A program made the position numbers and the translations under genes. A stretch of DNA of 64,000 nt from the sequence record NC_133255.1; one strand, 5' to 3'. Of the stretch, positions 8,767 through 16,775 are shown one piece after another (position 1 is the stretch's first letter; every line of letters starts with the position of its first letter). The notes under the pieces were generated by a model, which searched no databases, was not told the origin of the DNA, and was given only the letters and a program-made list of their open reading frames with translations. Source of the stretch: Escherichia phage vB_EcoS-26175I.

Positions 8767-9121
8767 ATTGTTCGTATATTACAAAGTTTACAGATTCAGA
8801 GTAATAACCATTACTAGAACCATGCCATTTAACGGTTACACAGCCTTTAGCTGTGGCAAACTTATACCATGTATGGGTTACTGAATCCCAATCTTCTGTA
8901 GCGTGTGTGATTACTTCCTCTGCTTCTATGATTGGATAACCTAAAAGGTCATGTAAATCACCAATAATATCATCTATATGAACATCTTCACAGCAGTCCT
9001 GCTCATGATAAAACTTATAGTTCTTACCATCAGTACAAATGAAGATAAGAGTATCTTGGTCTTGGCATACATTAGTAAAAATTTTGCCAAGCATTTCATT
9101 ATAGATTGTCACTTCTGACAT
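8765..9121 (-). CDS. hypothetical protein
   Basis: 118 aa ORF. Confidence 0.35.
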   Translation of the reverse strand: MSEVTIYNEMLGKIFTNVCQDQDTLIFICTDGKNYKFYHEQDCCEDVHIDDIIGDLHDLLGYPIIEAEEVITHATEDWDSVTHTWYKFATAKGCVTVKWHGSSNGYYSESVNFVIYEQ

Positions 9122-9143
9122 ATTAGTTTCCTAGTAAGTTGTT

Positions 9144-9233
9144 TGGCGGAAGAAGAGAGATTCGAACTCTCAAGCCGTTTTACCAGTCAGCCACTTTCCA
9201 AGCGGTTTTCGTCACCTATCGATTTGCTCTTCC
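9144..9233 (-). tRNA. tRNA-Ser (anticodon GGA), long variable arm
   Basis: 87-nt body, T-arm gagag-attcgaa-ctctc; anticodon loop ttGGAaa. Confidence 0.5.
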
Positions 9234-9407
9234 GTAGATCTCAGGATTAAATCATAAACTTCATTAGCGGATACTGGAAGTATGAGATTATACATCTTTT
9301 GGTCATACCTCTGACCATACTCTATAAACACATACTCTTTAGTTAATGTATTAACAGCTAACCAGATATCAGTTATAGGAGTTTTCATCATGAGTTAATC
9401 CAATGTT

Positions 9408-9488
9408 TGGTAGGGATGGAGGGACTCGAACCCACACCCGAAGACTAGAACCTAAATCTAGCGCGTCTGCCAATTTCGCCACATCCCC
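9408..9488 (-). tRNA. tRNA-Leu (anticodon TAG), short variable region
   Basis: 78-nt body; anticodon stem ctaga/tctag perfect, loop ttTAGgt. Confidence 0.5.
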
Positions 9489-9495
9489 ATTTTAT

Positions 9496-9714
9496 TTAGT
9501 TAGAAATAAATAATAATCCCGCAACAATAGAACCTACGCCACTGAATACCATTATCAGCATAGCTTCTAAGCTGATAAAGCGGACAGTATATGGAGCGCC
9601 CCAAGAATAATCAGTAAAGAAAGTTTTCTTTTCTTTAGCTAAATCTTTAATAGTTCTAAAATAGATAGCTAGTGCTAAAGCTGCAAGAACTACAGAGGCT
9701 GCTAAGAATACCAT
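9496..9714 (-). CDS. small membrane protein
   Basis: 72 aa, two hydrophobic segments. Confidence 0.3.
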   Translation of the reverse strand: MVFLAASVVLAALALAIYFRTIKDLAKEKKTFFTDYSWGAPYTVRFISLEAMLIMVFSGVGSIVAGLLFISN

Positions 9715-9733
9715 ATTATTTCCTTAATTTGTT

Positions 9734-9809
9734 TGGTGGAGTCACTCAGAATTGAACTGAGTTCCACTGCTTGCAAGGCAGTAAGTTTAACCAAATAACC
9801 TATGACCCC
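9734..9809 (-). tRNA. tRNA-Ala (anticodon TGC)
   Basis: T-arm ctcag-aattgaa-ctgag; anticodon stem actgc/gcagt, loop ctTGCaa. Confidence 0.7.
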
Positions 9810-9814
9810 GAATT

Positions 9815-9893
9815 TGGTGGAGAATAAGAGATTCGAACTCTTCTGATATCCTCGGTGCAAGCGAGGTGTCCACTCCAAGCAGACCCATTCCCC
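9815..9893 (-). tRNA. second tRNA with anticodon TGC (Ala-like), 7-nt variable loop
   Basis: T-arm aagag-attcgaa-ctctt; anticodon stem cctcg/cgagg perfect, loop ctTGCac; atypical positions 8-9. Confidence 0.45.
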
Positions 9894-9902
9894 AAAATTT
9901 AT

Positions 9903-10166
9903 TTATTCTCTATACATATCGAGAACAGTTGCTACAATCTGAGCTTCTAGCCTAGCAATATCTTTATTCACTATATCAGATTCTACTACTAAGTGATTAT
10001 ATATTGCTTCAGTTTTAGCAAGATCTATATCAGATAGTTTATTAAGACTATTATAATACTTAGCATTATTGCAACGTTTCTTCATATCGGAAACTCGTTT
10101 ATGGAGGGTTCTTTGTTGATAACGTTGCGACATTAGTTTCTTAGCCATATCTTTAAGATCAAACAT
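9903..10166 (-). CDS. hypothetical protein
   Basis: 87 aa ORF. Confidence 0.3.
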   Translation of the reverse strand: MFDLKDMAKKLMSQRYQQRTLHKRVSDMKKRCNNAKYYNSLNKLSDIDLAKTEAIYNHLVVESDIVNKDIARLEAQIVATVLDMYRE

Positions 10167-10431
10167 AGATATTCCTTCTAGTTTACTAAGGCTATTAGCT
10201 CGGTGTGCGTATTACCCTCAGACATTAGCCAGTAGAGGATAACCGCTCTTCACAAACCCGATACACTATTCAGTTGCCGCTGAATCTAGTGGACTAATCT
10301 AGAACTTATTGCAAAGTATCCCCTGCCATTAGGGGTCTAATTGCAATTGTGCTTTTTGGCAGCCAGTCCTAGGTCGAGCTAATACCTTAGTGAACTTTGA
10401 TGAGGATTTCTCCTCATCAATTTATATAAAT

Positions 10432-10460
10432 ATTATAACAAGAAATTAAGCATCAAGCAA
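10432..10460 (-). promoter_or_regulatory. sigma70-type early promoter (TTGCTT-17-TATAAT)
   Basis: conserved element; followed leftwards by ~260 nt without annotated ORF. Confidence 0.55.
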
Positions 10461-10812
10461 GTACATTTTTAGCGATTTCTTGTAGTTCCTTAACGTCGCT
10501 AACGAAAAGGTAATCAGAGCTTCCAGAGTGCATACTCTGCATAACCACACCATCCTCTGGTGCATCTTCCTTCAAAGTAAGTCCTAACCAGAACTTGGCA
10601 AAACCAGGTGTTACCTCACCTTGACTTGCCTTGAACACATCGCCTTCTGTGATCTCTTGACCAGTAGAGAGTCCCATGTATGGTACGTTCAGATCAATAT
10701 CTTTGTAGAACTCAGCTAGATCTTGCTCGAAATCCCAACCTTTAGAGATAGCGAACTCCATTGTTACATGACCGAAATAGCCTTGAACCTTGCTTGATAA
10801 TTGCATTTGCAA
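10453..10812 (-). CDS. hypothetical protein
   Basis: 119 aa ORF. Confidence 0.35.
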   Translation of the reverse strand: MQMQLSSKVQGYFGHVTMEFAISKGWDFEQDLAEFYKDIDLNVPYMGLSTGQEITEGDVFKASQGEVTPGFAKFWLGLTLKEDAPEDGVVMQSMHSGSSDYLFVSDVKELQEIAKNVLA

Positions 10813-10831
10813 TTCCTTATTTTGAGTTAAT

Positions 10832-10905
10832 TGGTACTCGGTGATAGAATCGAACTATCGCAACCGCCGTGTAAAGACGGGGTTCTCCCATTAAACTAAC
10901 CGAGT
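10832..10905 (-). tRNA. tRNA-Val (anticodon TAC)
   Basis: perfect acceptor actcggt/accgagt, T-arm gatag-aatcgaa-ctatc, loop ttTACac. Confidence 0.7.
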
Positions 10906-10909
10906 AATT

Positions 10910-10987
10910 TGGTGGATTGCCTGGGATTCGAACCCAGAACTGACGGATTAAAGGTCCGCTACTCTTATCCAGTTGAGCTAGCAATCC
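10910..10987 (-). tRNA. tRNA-Lys (anticodon TTT), loop ccTTTaa with C33
   Basis: perfect acceptor and T-arm (ctggg-attcgaa-cccag); anticodon loop has C at position 33. Confidence 0.55.
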
Positions 10988-11451
10988 AATTTTTCTACTA
11001 ATAATTTAAAAGCATCTAGTACAGGTACTTCAAACCATTCTCCAGATACTCTATAATCTTTAAGAAGATTATGTAATTCTTTCTCTGTACGTCTTTTATC
11101 AGACGAAAATCTGAAATGGTATAGCTTGTAGTCTCTATTAGGTGAATAAGTTTGATAACTTGCTAACCTCTCATTCACATCTATAGTCATACCTATTTTA
11201 TACATGCCTGGCCATGCTGGATTACCAATTACATATACAAAACCTTCCGTTATAGGTATTTTATGCTCCCTTTTATACTTTAAGAGATTTAAGGCTGCCA
11301 TTCGATAACAGAATCTAAACTCTGAAGTTTTTAACTTACCTTCTTTACCCGAAATTTCGTTATATTTGCTCATATAAGCTCTTATGAGCTTATCATCTAT
11401 AATGAAGTTATCAGGAAGGTTTAAGGCAGCTAAAACTTTATTAATTAGCAT
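10978..11451 (-). CDS. T5orf172-type (GIY-YIG-like) domain protein
   Basis: motif GFVYVIGNPAWPGMYKIGMT...R...Y typical of the T5orf172/MUG113 GIY-YIG-like fold. Confidence 0.5.
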   Translation of the reverse strand: MLINKVLAALNLPDNFIIDDKLIRAYMSKYNEISGKEGKLKTSEFRFCYRMAALNLLKYKREHKIPITEGFVYVIGNPAWPGMYKIGMTIDVNERLASYQTYSPNRDYKLYHFRFSSDKRRTEKELHNLLKDYRVSGEWFEVPVLDAFKLLVEKLDC

Positions 11452-11626
11452 AGACTTCCTTAATAGAATAAACTTTTAAGTAAGGGTGATTAATACCAAA
11501 TTCCGCCATCACTTCGTTTTCATCTTTACCGTAATGGGCTAGTGGATACTTCTTACGATCTTTGCTAGAACGTAGATCACTTACTTTTAAACGAAATAAT
11601 TTCATTTCGAAATCCTTCTATTAAAT

Positions 11627-11704
11627 TGGAAGCGGGTGCAGGAATCGAACCTACCTCTTTCTAGCTTATGAGACTAGCGATCTCTACCAGAGATCTAACC
11701 CGCA
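11627..11704 (-). tRNA. tRNA-Met (anticodon CAT)
   Basis: T-arm with aatcgaa loop; anticodon loop ctCATaa; 1-72 pair mismatched. Confidence 0.6.
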
Positions 11705-11710
11705 ATTGTT

Positions 11711-11788
11711 TGGTCTCCGTGGGAGGATTTGAACCCCCGACCCTACCGCCCCAAACGGAACGCTCTGGCCAAACTGAGCTACACGGAG
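11711..11788 (-). tRNA. tRNA-Pro (anticodon TGG)
   Basis: perfect acceptor ctccgtg/cacggag; loop ttTGGgg. Confidence 0.6.
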
Positions 11789-12100
11789 AATATTCTTTGT
11801 TAACTCACTTTATAAAATATATTATACAGATATTTAAGCATAATAGCAAATGAGTTTTTAATAAATTTACTTATTGCGTAGGCCACCTCACGCTTCAAAC
11901 GCTCTGCTGACAAAGAAGTTTGCGAGACTTCTCTTAAATGCCAGAATAGACCCGCCGATCTATCGGAACCTACTCAATAAGTAAACTTTCGTTTACCTAC
12001 ACCTACCTGGTCGGGAGGATTTTCAGCGACTAGAACCGGCCGGAAACTCATCGCCTTGTTTATCTAGGAGTCCGTTCTCTAGGAAGCAGAAACCTAAATT

Positions 12101-12174
12101 TGGTGCGGTCGGAGGGAATCGAACCCTCAACTTCTGGTTGGCAACCAAAAATTATACCTTTTAACTACGAACGC
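12101..12174 (-). tRNA. tRNA-Gly (anticodon GCC)
   Basis: T-arm gaggg-aatcgaa-ccctc; loop ttGCCaa. Confidence 0.6.
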
Positions 12175-12312
12175 ATAATAAGTCAATCTAGGCAGGACTT
12201 GAACCTGCTATCACTTGTGCGGATTTACGAGAACCATTCTTTCACTCGAATCGAACGAGCTTCTACCCTCGGCAAGCTGGTGTCCCCTCTCCACCACGCT
12301 AGAATGTTTAAT

Positions 12313-12390
12313 TGGTACACCTGCTGAGATTCAAACTCAGGATCTTCCGATTAAGAGTCGGTTGCTTTAAGTCAACTAAGCTACAGATGC
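12313..12390 (-). tRNA. tRNA-Lys (anticodon CTT)
   Basis: T-arm ctgag-attcaaa-ctcag; D-arm gctt/aagc; loop ctCTTaa. Confidence 0.55.
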
Positions 12391-12930
12391 ATTTATATCT
12401 TTATAGGACTTACCAGCCAGTCTTGTATAGCGTTTTCGCAAACCATTATCTGACATGCCCAATTCTCTAGAAGCTCTAGACCATGAGTAATTTTTAACCC
12501 AGTACTCTATTTGTTCTACAGTAATTTCTTGTGGATTTTGACAGTGCTGTTTGCAGTAACTAGCTCTTTTAGCTATTTCTTTGTTGCAAATAGGACAGAA
12601 ATTTTTATCTGAACTTAATCCACGTTCTTCTATAGTTTTGAGAATATGATCAGCTTTACTTCGTACAATCAGATTTTCAAGAGAGAAATTTAGTTTATTT
12701 GTATCATCATGATCTACTTCTAAGTCAGAACTCAAAGATGGTAGATCTTTGTATACTCTCGCTAATACTCTGTGTAATAGAAGATGTTTTGATTTTCCAT
12801 TATGTTGAACAGTAAAGAAAGGATACCCAGAAGTATTAATCTGTATTGAAAGTATACGATTAACTTTAGTACTAAATACTTCCCCAGTCTCACTTATTAA
12901 GTATTCTGGATATTCGGGTATTTCTTTCAT
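12376..12930 (-). CDS. free-standing HNH homing endonuclease
   Basis: 184 aa; HNH-type motif LLLHRVLA...EVDHDDTNKLNFSLENL; embedded in tRNA array. Confidence 0.6.
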   Translation of the reverse strand: MKEIPEYPEYLISETGEVFSTKVNRILSIQINTSGYPFFTVQHNGKSKHLLLHRVLARVYKDLPSLSSDLEVDHDDTNKLNFSLENLIVRSKADHILKTIEERGLSSDKNFCPICNKEIAKRASYCKQHCQNPQEITVEQIEYWVKNYSWSRASRELGMSDNGLRKRYTRLAGKSYKDINASVA

Positions 12931-12947
12931 TACTGTTCCTTATAATT

Positions 12948-13024
12948 TGGCGCGACCGATGGGATTCGAACCCACATTCTCTCCCGTGACAGGGGAGTAC
13001 CATTACCAAGCCAGCCCCGATCGC
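12948..13024 (-). tRNA. tRNA-Asp (anticodon GTC)
   Basis: T-arm atggg-attcgaa-cccac; anticodon stem ctccc/gggag perfect, loop ctGTCac. Confidence 0.8.
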
Positions 13025-13033
13025 ATAATTTGT

Positions 13034-13219
13034 TTACTCAGCTTTGAGTTTTTCGATAGCTTCCTCAACCTCTTTTAGAGCTTCACGACGCTCTACTTGA
13101 CCTTGAAGTTCTTCAAGAAGTTCAGCTTTCAGAGCCTTAATAATATTACCACGAACCTTAATATTATTAATCAGATTATCACGATCAGCTTCTAGTCGAG
13201 CAATTGCACGAGTTGTCAT
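13034..13219 (-). CDS. hypothetical coiled-coil small protein
   Basis: 61 aa ORF. Confidence 0.3.
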   Translation of the reverse strand: MTTRAIARLEADRDNLINNIKVRGNIIKALKAELLEELQGQVERREALKEVEEAIEKLKAE

Positions 13220-13246
13220 ATCTATTTCCTCAGTTGTTAGTGAAAT

Positions 13247-13332
13247 TGGCGGGCCGTGTAGGAGTTGAACCTACTTTATCCTTGCGGATACGGATTAACA
13301 GTCCGGCGCTTAAACCGTTCAGCCAACGGCCC
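13247..13332 (-). tRNA. tRNA-Asn (anticodon GTT) with unusually long variable arm
   Basis: 83-nt body, perfect acceptor gggccgt/acggccc, T-arm gtagg-agttgaa-cctac; loop ctGTTaa; variable hairpin atcc-ttgc-ggat. Confidence 0.5.
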
Positions 13333-13339
13333 TAAAATT

Positions 13340-13415
13340 TGGACGACCGCATGAGATTCGAACTCACATAAGGAGGTTTTGCAGGCCTCCGCCTAAGCCA
13401 TTCAGCCAACGGTCG
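13340..13415 (-). tRNA. tRNA-Cys (anticodon GCA)
   Basis: T-arm atgag-attcgaa-ctcac; anticodon stem ggagg/cctcc; loop ctGCAaa. Confidence 0.65.
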
Positions 13416-13593
13416 ATTTATCTTGTTTTTCGAGATTAGTAAATTCTAAGTCTTTGGAATGCCCTATAGATCTAGCATAATAACCATCTCCAGCATCGTA
13501 GCCTGATTTACCACACTCACACATCTTAAACTCCCGATAACGAGTGAATATATGCTCAGAACCACAACACTTAAATTTAACTAACATTTTCAT
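13402..13593 (-). CDS. hypothetical Cys-containing small protein
   Basis: 63 aa ORF. Confidence 0.3.
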   Translation of the reverse strand: MKMLVKFKCCGSEHIFTRYREFKMCECGKSGYDAGDGYYARSIGHSKDLEFTNLEKQDKSTVG

Positions 13594-13832
13594 GAAACAC
13601 GCTCCGGTAGATCTTCTAATTTATACTCAGTAGCTACATTAGTAGCGTCTAGTAATAAACCCATATGTTTAAGGATTTTAGTAATAGATTCGCCTTCAGC
13701 TTCTTCTACAAAAGTGCGTAGTTGAATGAAGTCAATACCACCATCCATACCAGAGAAAATGTTTAGTAAGCGAAGCATTACCAGCTTACGTTCTTTTAAT
13801 TCTTGTTCTGTCATGTTGCTTCTCCAGTTCAA
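13590..13832 (-). CDS. hypothetical protein
   Basis: 80 aa ORF; promoter 13844-13872 upstream. Confidence 0.3.
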   Translation of the reverse strand: MNWRSNMTEQELKERKLVMLRLLNIFSGMDGGIDFIQLRTFVEEAEGESITKILKHMGLLLDATNVATEYKLEDLPERVS

Positions 13833-13843
13833 TTTATGTAATA

Positions 13844-13872
13844 ATTATACAGAACTTTAAGGATTTAAGCAA
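13844..13872 (-). promoter_or_regulatory. sigma70-type early promoter
   Basis: attata 13844-13849, aagcaa 13867-13872. Confidence 0.5.
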
Positions 13873-14152
13873 CTACATTTTTCAGAAATTTGATGCCTTT
13901 CTTTTTCTTCTTATATTTCCACGTTAACGGGTTCTGTCGATTATGAACGCTTGAGATCTTTGTCTCGTCAAAGTTCTTCAATACCATGTAATCACATGCC
14001 AACTGCTCTAGTGGAATGGTTTCTCCATCAAAAGCATAAACATAAGGCTGTTGACTAGCACGATAATGATAGACTTTGTTAATTCTACATTTCAGCGACT
14101 TATCCGCGCAGTAAATAAAGAAGTTTTCAGGATGCATCAGCATCTCCTTCAA
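13865..14152 (-). CDS. hypothetical protein
   Basis: 95 aa ORF. Confidence 0.3.
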   Translation of the reverse strand: MKEMLMHPENFFIYCADKSLKCRINKVYHYRASQQPYVYAFDGETIPLEQLACDYMVLKNFDETKISSVHNRQNPLTWKYKKKKKGIKFLKNVVA

Positions 14153-14154
14153 AT

Positions 14155-14229
14155 TGGTGCACCCTGTTCGTATCGAACGAACCTCTCAAGCTCTTCAGGC
14201 AAGCGCTAATCCATCTCAGCTAAAGGTGC
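14155..14229 (-). tRNA. tRNA-Phe (anticodon GAA), weak anticodon stem
   Basis: T-arm gttcg-tatcgaa-cgaac; standard register gives loop ctGAAga; anticodon stem has two U-U mismatches. Confidence 0.5.
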
Positions 14230-14235
14230 AAATAT

Positions 14236-14312
14236 TGGCAAACCTACTAGGACTCGAACCTAGACCGTACGGTTTTGGAGACCGACATGCTGTCCAGTAA
14301 CACTCTAGGAAT
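14236..14312 (-). tRNA. tRNA-Trp (anticodon CCA)
   Basis: T-arm ctagg-actcgaa-cctag; loop ctCCAaa; acceptor has mismatches. Confidence 0.5.
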
Positions 14313-14320
14313 GCAGAAAT

Positions 14321-14397
14321 TGGCGTCCTGTGCGGGGATCGAACCCGCAAATCCTACCTTGAAAGGGTAGTGACTTTACCAGTTTGTCTAACAGGAC
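14321..14397 (-). tRNA. tRNA-Glu (anticodon TTC)
   Basis: perfect acceptor gtcctgt/acaggac, T-arm gcggg-gatcgaa-cccgc, anticodon stem ctacc/ggtag; loop ctTTCaa. Confidence 0.75.
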
Positions 14398-14404
14398 TTA
14401 AATT

Positions 14405-14486
14405 TGGTGGGGGATGGAGGACTCGAACCTCCGCGTGGTATACCCGGTCTACAGCCAGGCGCCGTCGCCACTGAGCCAATCCCCCC
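14405..14486 (-). tRNA. tRNA-Tyr (anticodon GTA)
   Basis: 79-nt body, perfect acceptor gggggat/atccccc, T-arm ggagg-actcgaa-cctcc; loop ctGTAga. Confidence 0.65.
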
Positions 14487-14676
14487 CTATTTGAATGAAA
14501 AGTAAGTCGGTTAAACTCAAGGTGGAATATTTCAGGATTTCCTGACTTTACCCCTAAAAGTCAACTCGCTTAATTACTTCTCATTCAGATATGTTTCCAA
14601 ATTAGATAACTATTATATCAAGTTTTATGGCACTGAGCAAGTCAAATTTTAAAGAACTTGCTCAGTGCTGTATTAG

Positions 14677-14952
14677 TTAGTCGAACTTAGGAGTGACAGT
14701 TAAGGAGAACGGAAGTTCAAAAACTTCTTCACCCTCATCACTAACAGTGATTACACGACCTTTAAGTTCAGACATTGAAATATCAATATCAGCTTTTGCA
14801 TCTGGAGCCATGCCAGCTTCAACACATTTAGCTTTAATTTCCGGCAGAAGTTCTACATCATAGAAATAAAGCCATTCAATCTCACCTTCCCAGCCTTCCC
14901 AGGATTTACAGATTGCACTTTCAATACCAGTTGTTATAACACGATTTTGCAT
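14677..14952 (-). CDS. hypothetical protein
   Basis: 91 aa ORF; promoter 14983-15012 upstream. Confidence 0.35.
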   Translation of the reverse strand: MQNRVITTGIESAICKSWEGWEGEIEWLYFYDVELLPEIKAKCVEAGMAPDAKADIDISMSELKGRVITVSDEGEEVFELPFSLTVTPKFD

Positions 14953-14982
14953 TCGTTAACTCCTTCATCAATTTATATAACT

Positions 14983-15012
14983 ATTATACCAGAAATTTAA
15001 AGCAAAAGGCAA
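14983..15012 (-). promoter_or_regulatory. sigma70-type early promoter
   Basis: conserved element upstream of 14677-14952. Confidence 0.5.
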
Positions 15013-15042
15013 GTACATTTTTAAAAATTCTGTTTGGAGGAG

Positions 15043-15249
15043 CTAAACTCCAGATTCTTCAGCCAGATCAAGCCCAACCAATGTGATTGCCATAATAGCC
15101 GCGCCATGTTCTTTCTCTCCTAGCTCTTTGGCTTGAGTGAGAATATTTAGGAACTGCTTGTGGAAATCTTCCACTTCTTCTGTCATGCCTGCTTCAGAAA
15201 TAATACCTTTCAGCATAAAGCGCTGTGCAGTAATTTCAGGATTAGCCAT
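15043..15249 (-). CDS. hypothetical protein
   Basis: 68 aa ORF. Confidence 0.3.
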   Translation of the reverse strand: MANPEITAQRFMLKGIISEAGMTEEVEDFHKQFLNILTQAKELGEKEHGAAIMAITLVGLDLAEESGV

Positions 15250-15400
15250 TTATTATCTCCAGTTATTTAGAATGTAAGCCAAACTTAGGATCATAGCGAT
15301 CATAAGTCGTACCATTAGTTGAAGTCTTGATGCTATGAAAACGACAGTACATAAATTTACGTAGTGCTTTCTTAATAGCTTTCATTTTATTTCCTTAATT

Positions 15401-15478
15401 TGGTAGGGGTGGTGGGATTCGAACCCACAAAACCTGAATTTTAAGTCCAGTACCTATGCCAATTCGATTACACCCCCA
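15401..15478 (-). tRNA. tRNA-Leu (anticodon TAA), short variable loop
   Basis: T-arm gtggg-attcgaa-cccac; loop ctTAAaa; type-I length is unusual for Leu. Confidence 0.5.
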
Positions 15479-15486
15479 TGTAATCT

Positions 15487-15834
15487 TTAGAGTTCGTAAC
15501 CCTGAATATATCGAGCAAAACCAGTAATCTCGAACTGAATTGCCCATGCTACTTCCATATGCTCAATCTTACTAAAATGAGCGTCAGACTGTTCTAGGAA
15601 ATAACGAGAGATTATAGGGAACTCAATGTCAAAATCTTCCTTATCCATACCATAGAAGAAGTTTCCAGAAATATTACGAACTTCACGAAAGAAATCCTCA
15701 ATCTGAAAATCCATCAGAGGATAAGTATATTCCTCTTTGCTATCATCCGTTTGGAAGAAGCGGAAATGCACAAGGCAAGAGCCAATCAGATTTACTGCTG
15801 GAGTAGTGTAAATATCCATGTTAACCTCGATCAA
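15487..15834 (-). CDS. hypothetical protein
   Basis: 115 aa ORF. Confidence 0.35.
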   Translation of the reverse strand: MIEVNMDIYTTPAVNLIGSCLVHFRFFQTDDSKEEYTYPLMDFQIEDFFREVRNISGNFFYGMDKEDFDIEFPIISRYFLEQSDAHFSKIEHMEVAWAIQFEITGFARYIQGYEL

Positions 15835-16006
15835 TATCTAGAGAAATTCCAAATTCTGGATTAATACCAGAACCATTACATGCTGCGCATTCCCACTCTT
15901 CAAAACGCATATCGCCAGGTTCAGCATCATTAATAGTACCTGTTCCATGGCAGTGAGTACACATGCACTCTTCTAGTTCTTGTTTAAGCTCTTGAAACTT
16001 AGACAT
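15821..16006 (-). CDS. small Cys-rich protein (two CxxC pairs)
   Basis: 61 aa; CTHCHGTG...CAACNGSG. Confidence 0.3.
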   Translation of the reverse strand: MSKFQELKQELEECMCTHCHGTGTINDAEPGDMRFEEWECAACNGSGINPEFGISLDIDRG

Positions 16007-16023
16007 ATAGTCTCCTAGTTAAT

Positions 16024-16102
16024 TGGTGGCTCCCGGAGGATTCGAACCTACCTACCTTTCGCTTATGAGGCGACGGCTCATACCAAATGAGCTTGAGAAC
16101 CA
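16024..16102 (-). tRNA. tRNA-Met (anticodon CAT)
   Basis: T-arm with attcgaa loop; D-arm gctc/gagc; loop ctCATaa. Confidence 0.55.
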
Positions 16103-16106
16103 AATT

Positions 16107-16196
16107 TGGAGGAAGAAGTGGGAATCGAACCCACAAGGCTATGTTTCAAACCGACAGATTAGCAATCTGCTGCAATACCGTTATGCTATTCTTCCT
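16107..16196 (-). tRNA. tRNA-Ser (anticodon GCT), long variable arm
   Basis: 87-nt body, perfect acceptor ggaagaa/ttcttcc, T-arm gtggg-aatcgaa-cccac; loop ttGCTaa. Confidence 0.7.
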
Positions 16197-16705
16197 TAAT
16201 TATTTCGGGCATATTCCCCATGAAGTTTCTCTCTCAGTTGAATTAGAGCTTCATTTGCTGCTTCAGGAGTACTGTGCAGCCCTGCGGAGTATGACTTACC
16301 TTTAAACATTATTCTATCCTGCCACTGACCAGATGCTTTGTGGTAGGATACTCCCTTAAATCCGCTAGTATTCCTAGAAGATTTACTAGCATTATGAGTA
16401 TTAGTGGTACTATCCGCTGCTCTTAAATTTAAAGGATGTATGTTTAACTTATTGCAGTCTTTATGATCAATCATTTCCGGCCTATACCCATAATATAGTA
16501 TAAATACTATGATATGAGCTAAGTAATCTTGGTGATCAACGTTAACTCTGATATACCCAGAGCTTTTGTGCAAAGATCCCGCAGGTTTATTGGCAAACTT
16601 AGTATTAAATATCTTCTCCTCTCTGGAGTTTCCGGAGAGCGGATTCCACACCAGTACACCATCTTCTAAACGGAATCTATAAAGTATAGACTCATAGTCT
16701 AGCAT
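16196..16705 (-). CDS. free-standing HNH homing endonuclease with AP2-like DNA-binding region
   Basis: 169 aa; IDHKDCNKLNIHPLNLRAA (HNH) followed by SGFKGVSYHKASGQWQ. Confidence 0.55.
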   Translation of the reverse strand: MLDYESILYRFRLEDGVLVWNPLSGNSREEKIFNTKFANKPAGSLHKSSGYIRVNVDHQDYLAHIIVFILYYGYRPEMIDHKDCNKLNIHPLNLRAADSTTNTHNASKSSRNTSGFKGVSYHKASGQWQDRIMFKGKSYSAGLHSTPEAANEALIQLREKLHGEYARNN

Positions 16706-16738
16706 AAATAGTTCCTAATCTTACAAATTTATGAATAT

Positions 16739-16767
16739 ATTATACAGAAAATTTCGGCATTAAGCAA
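16739..16767 (-). promoter_or_regulatory. sigma70-type early promoter
   Basis: attata 16739-16744, aagcaa 16762-16767. Confidence 0.55.
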
Positions 16768-16775
16768 GTGAAATT

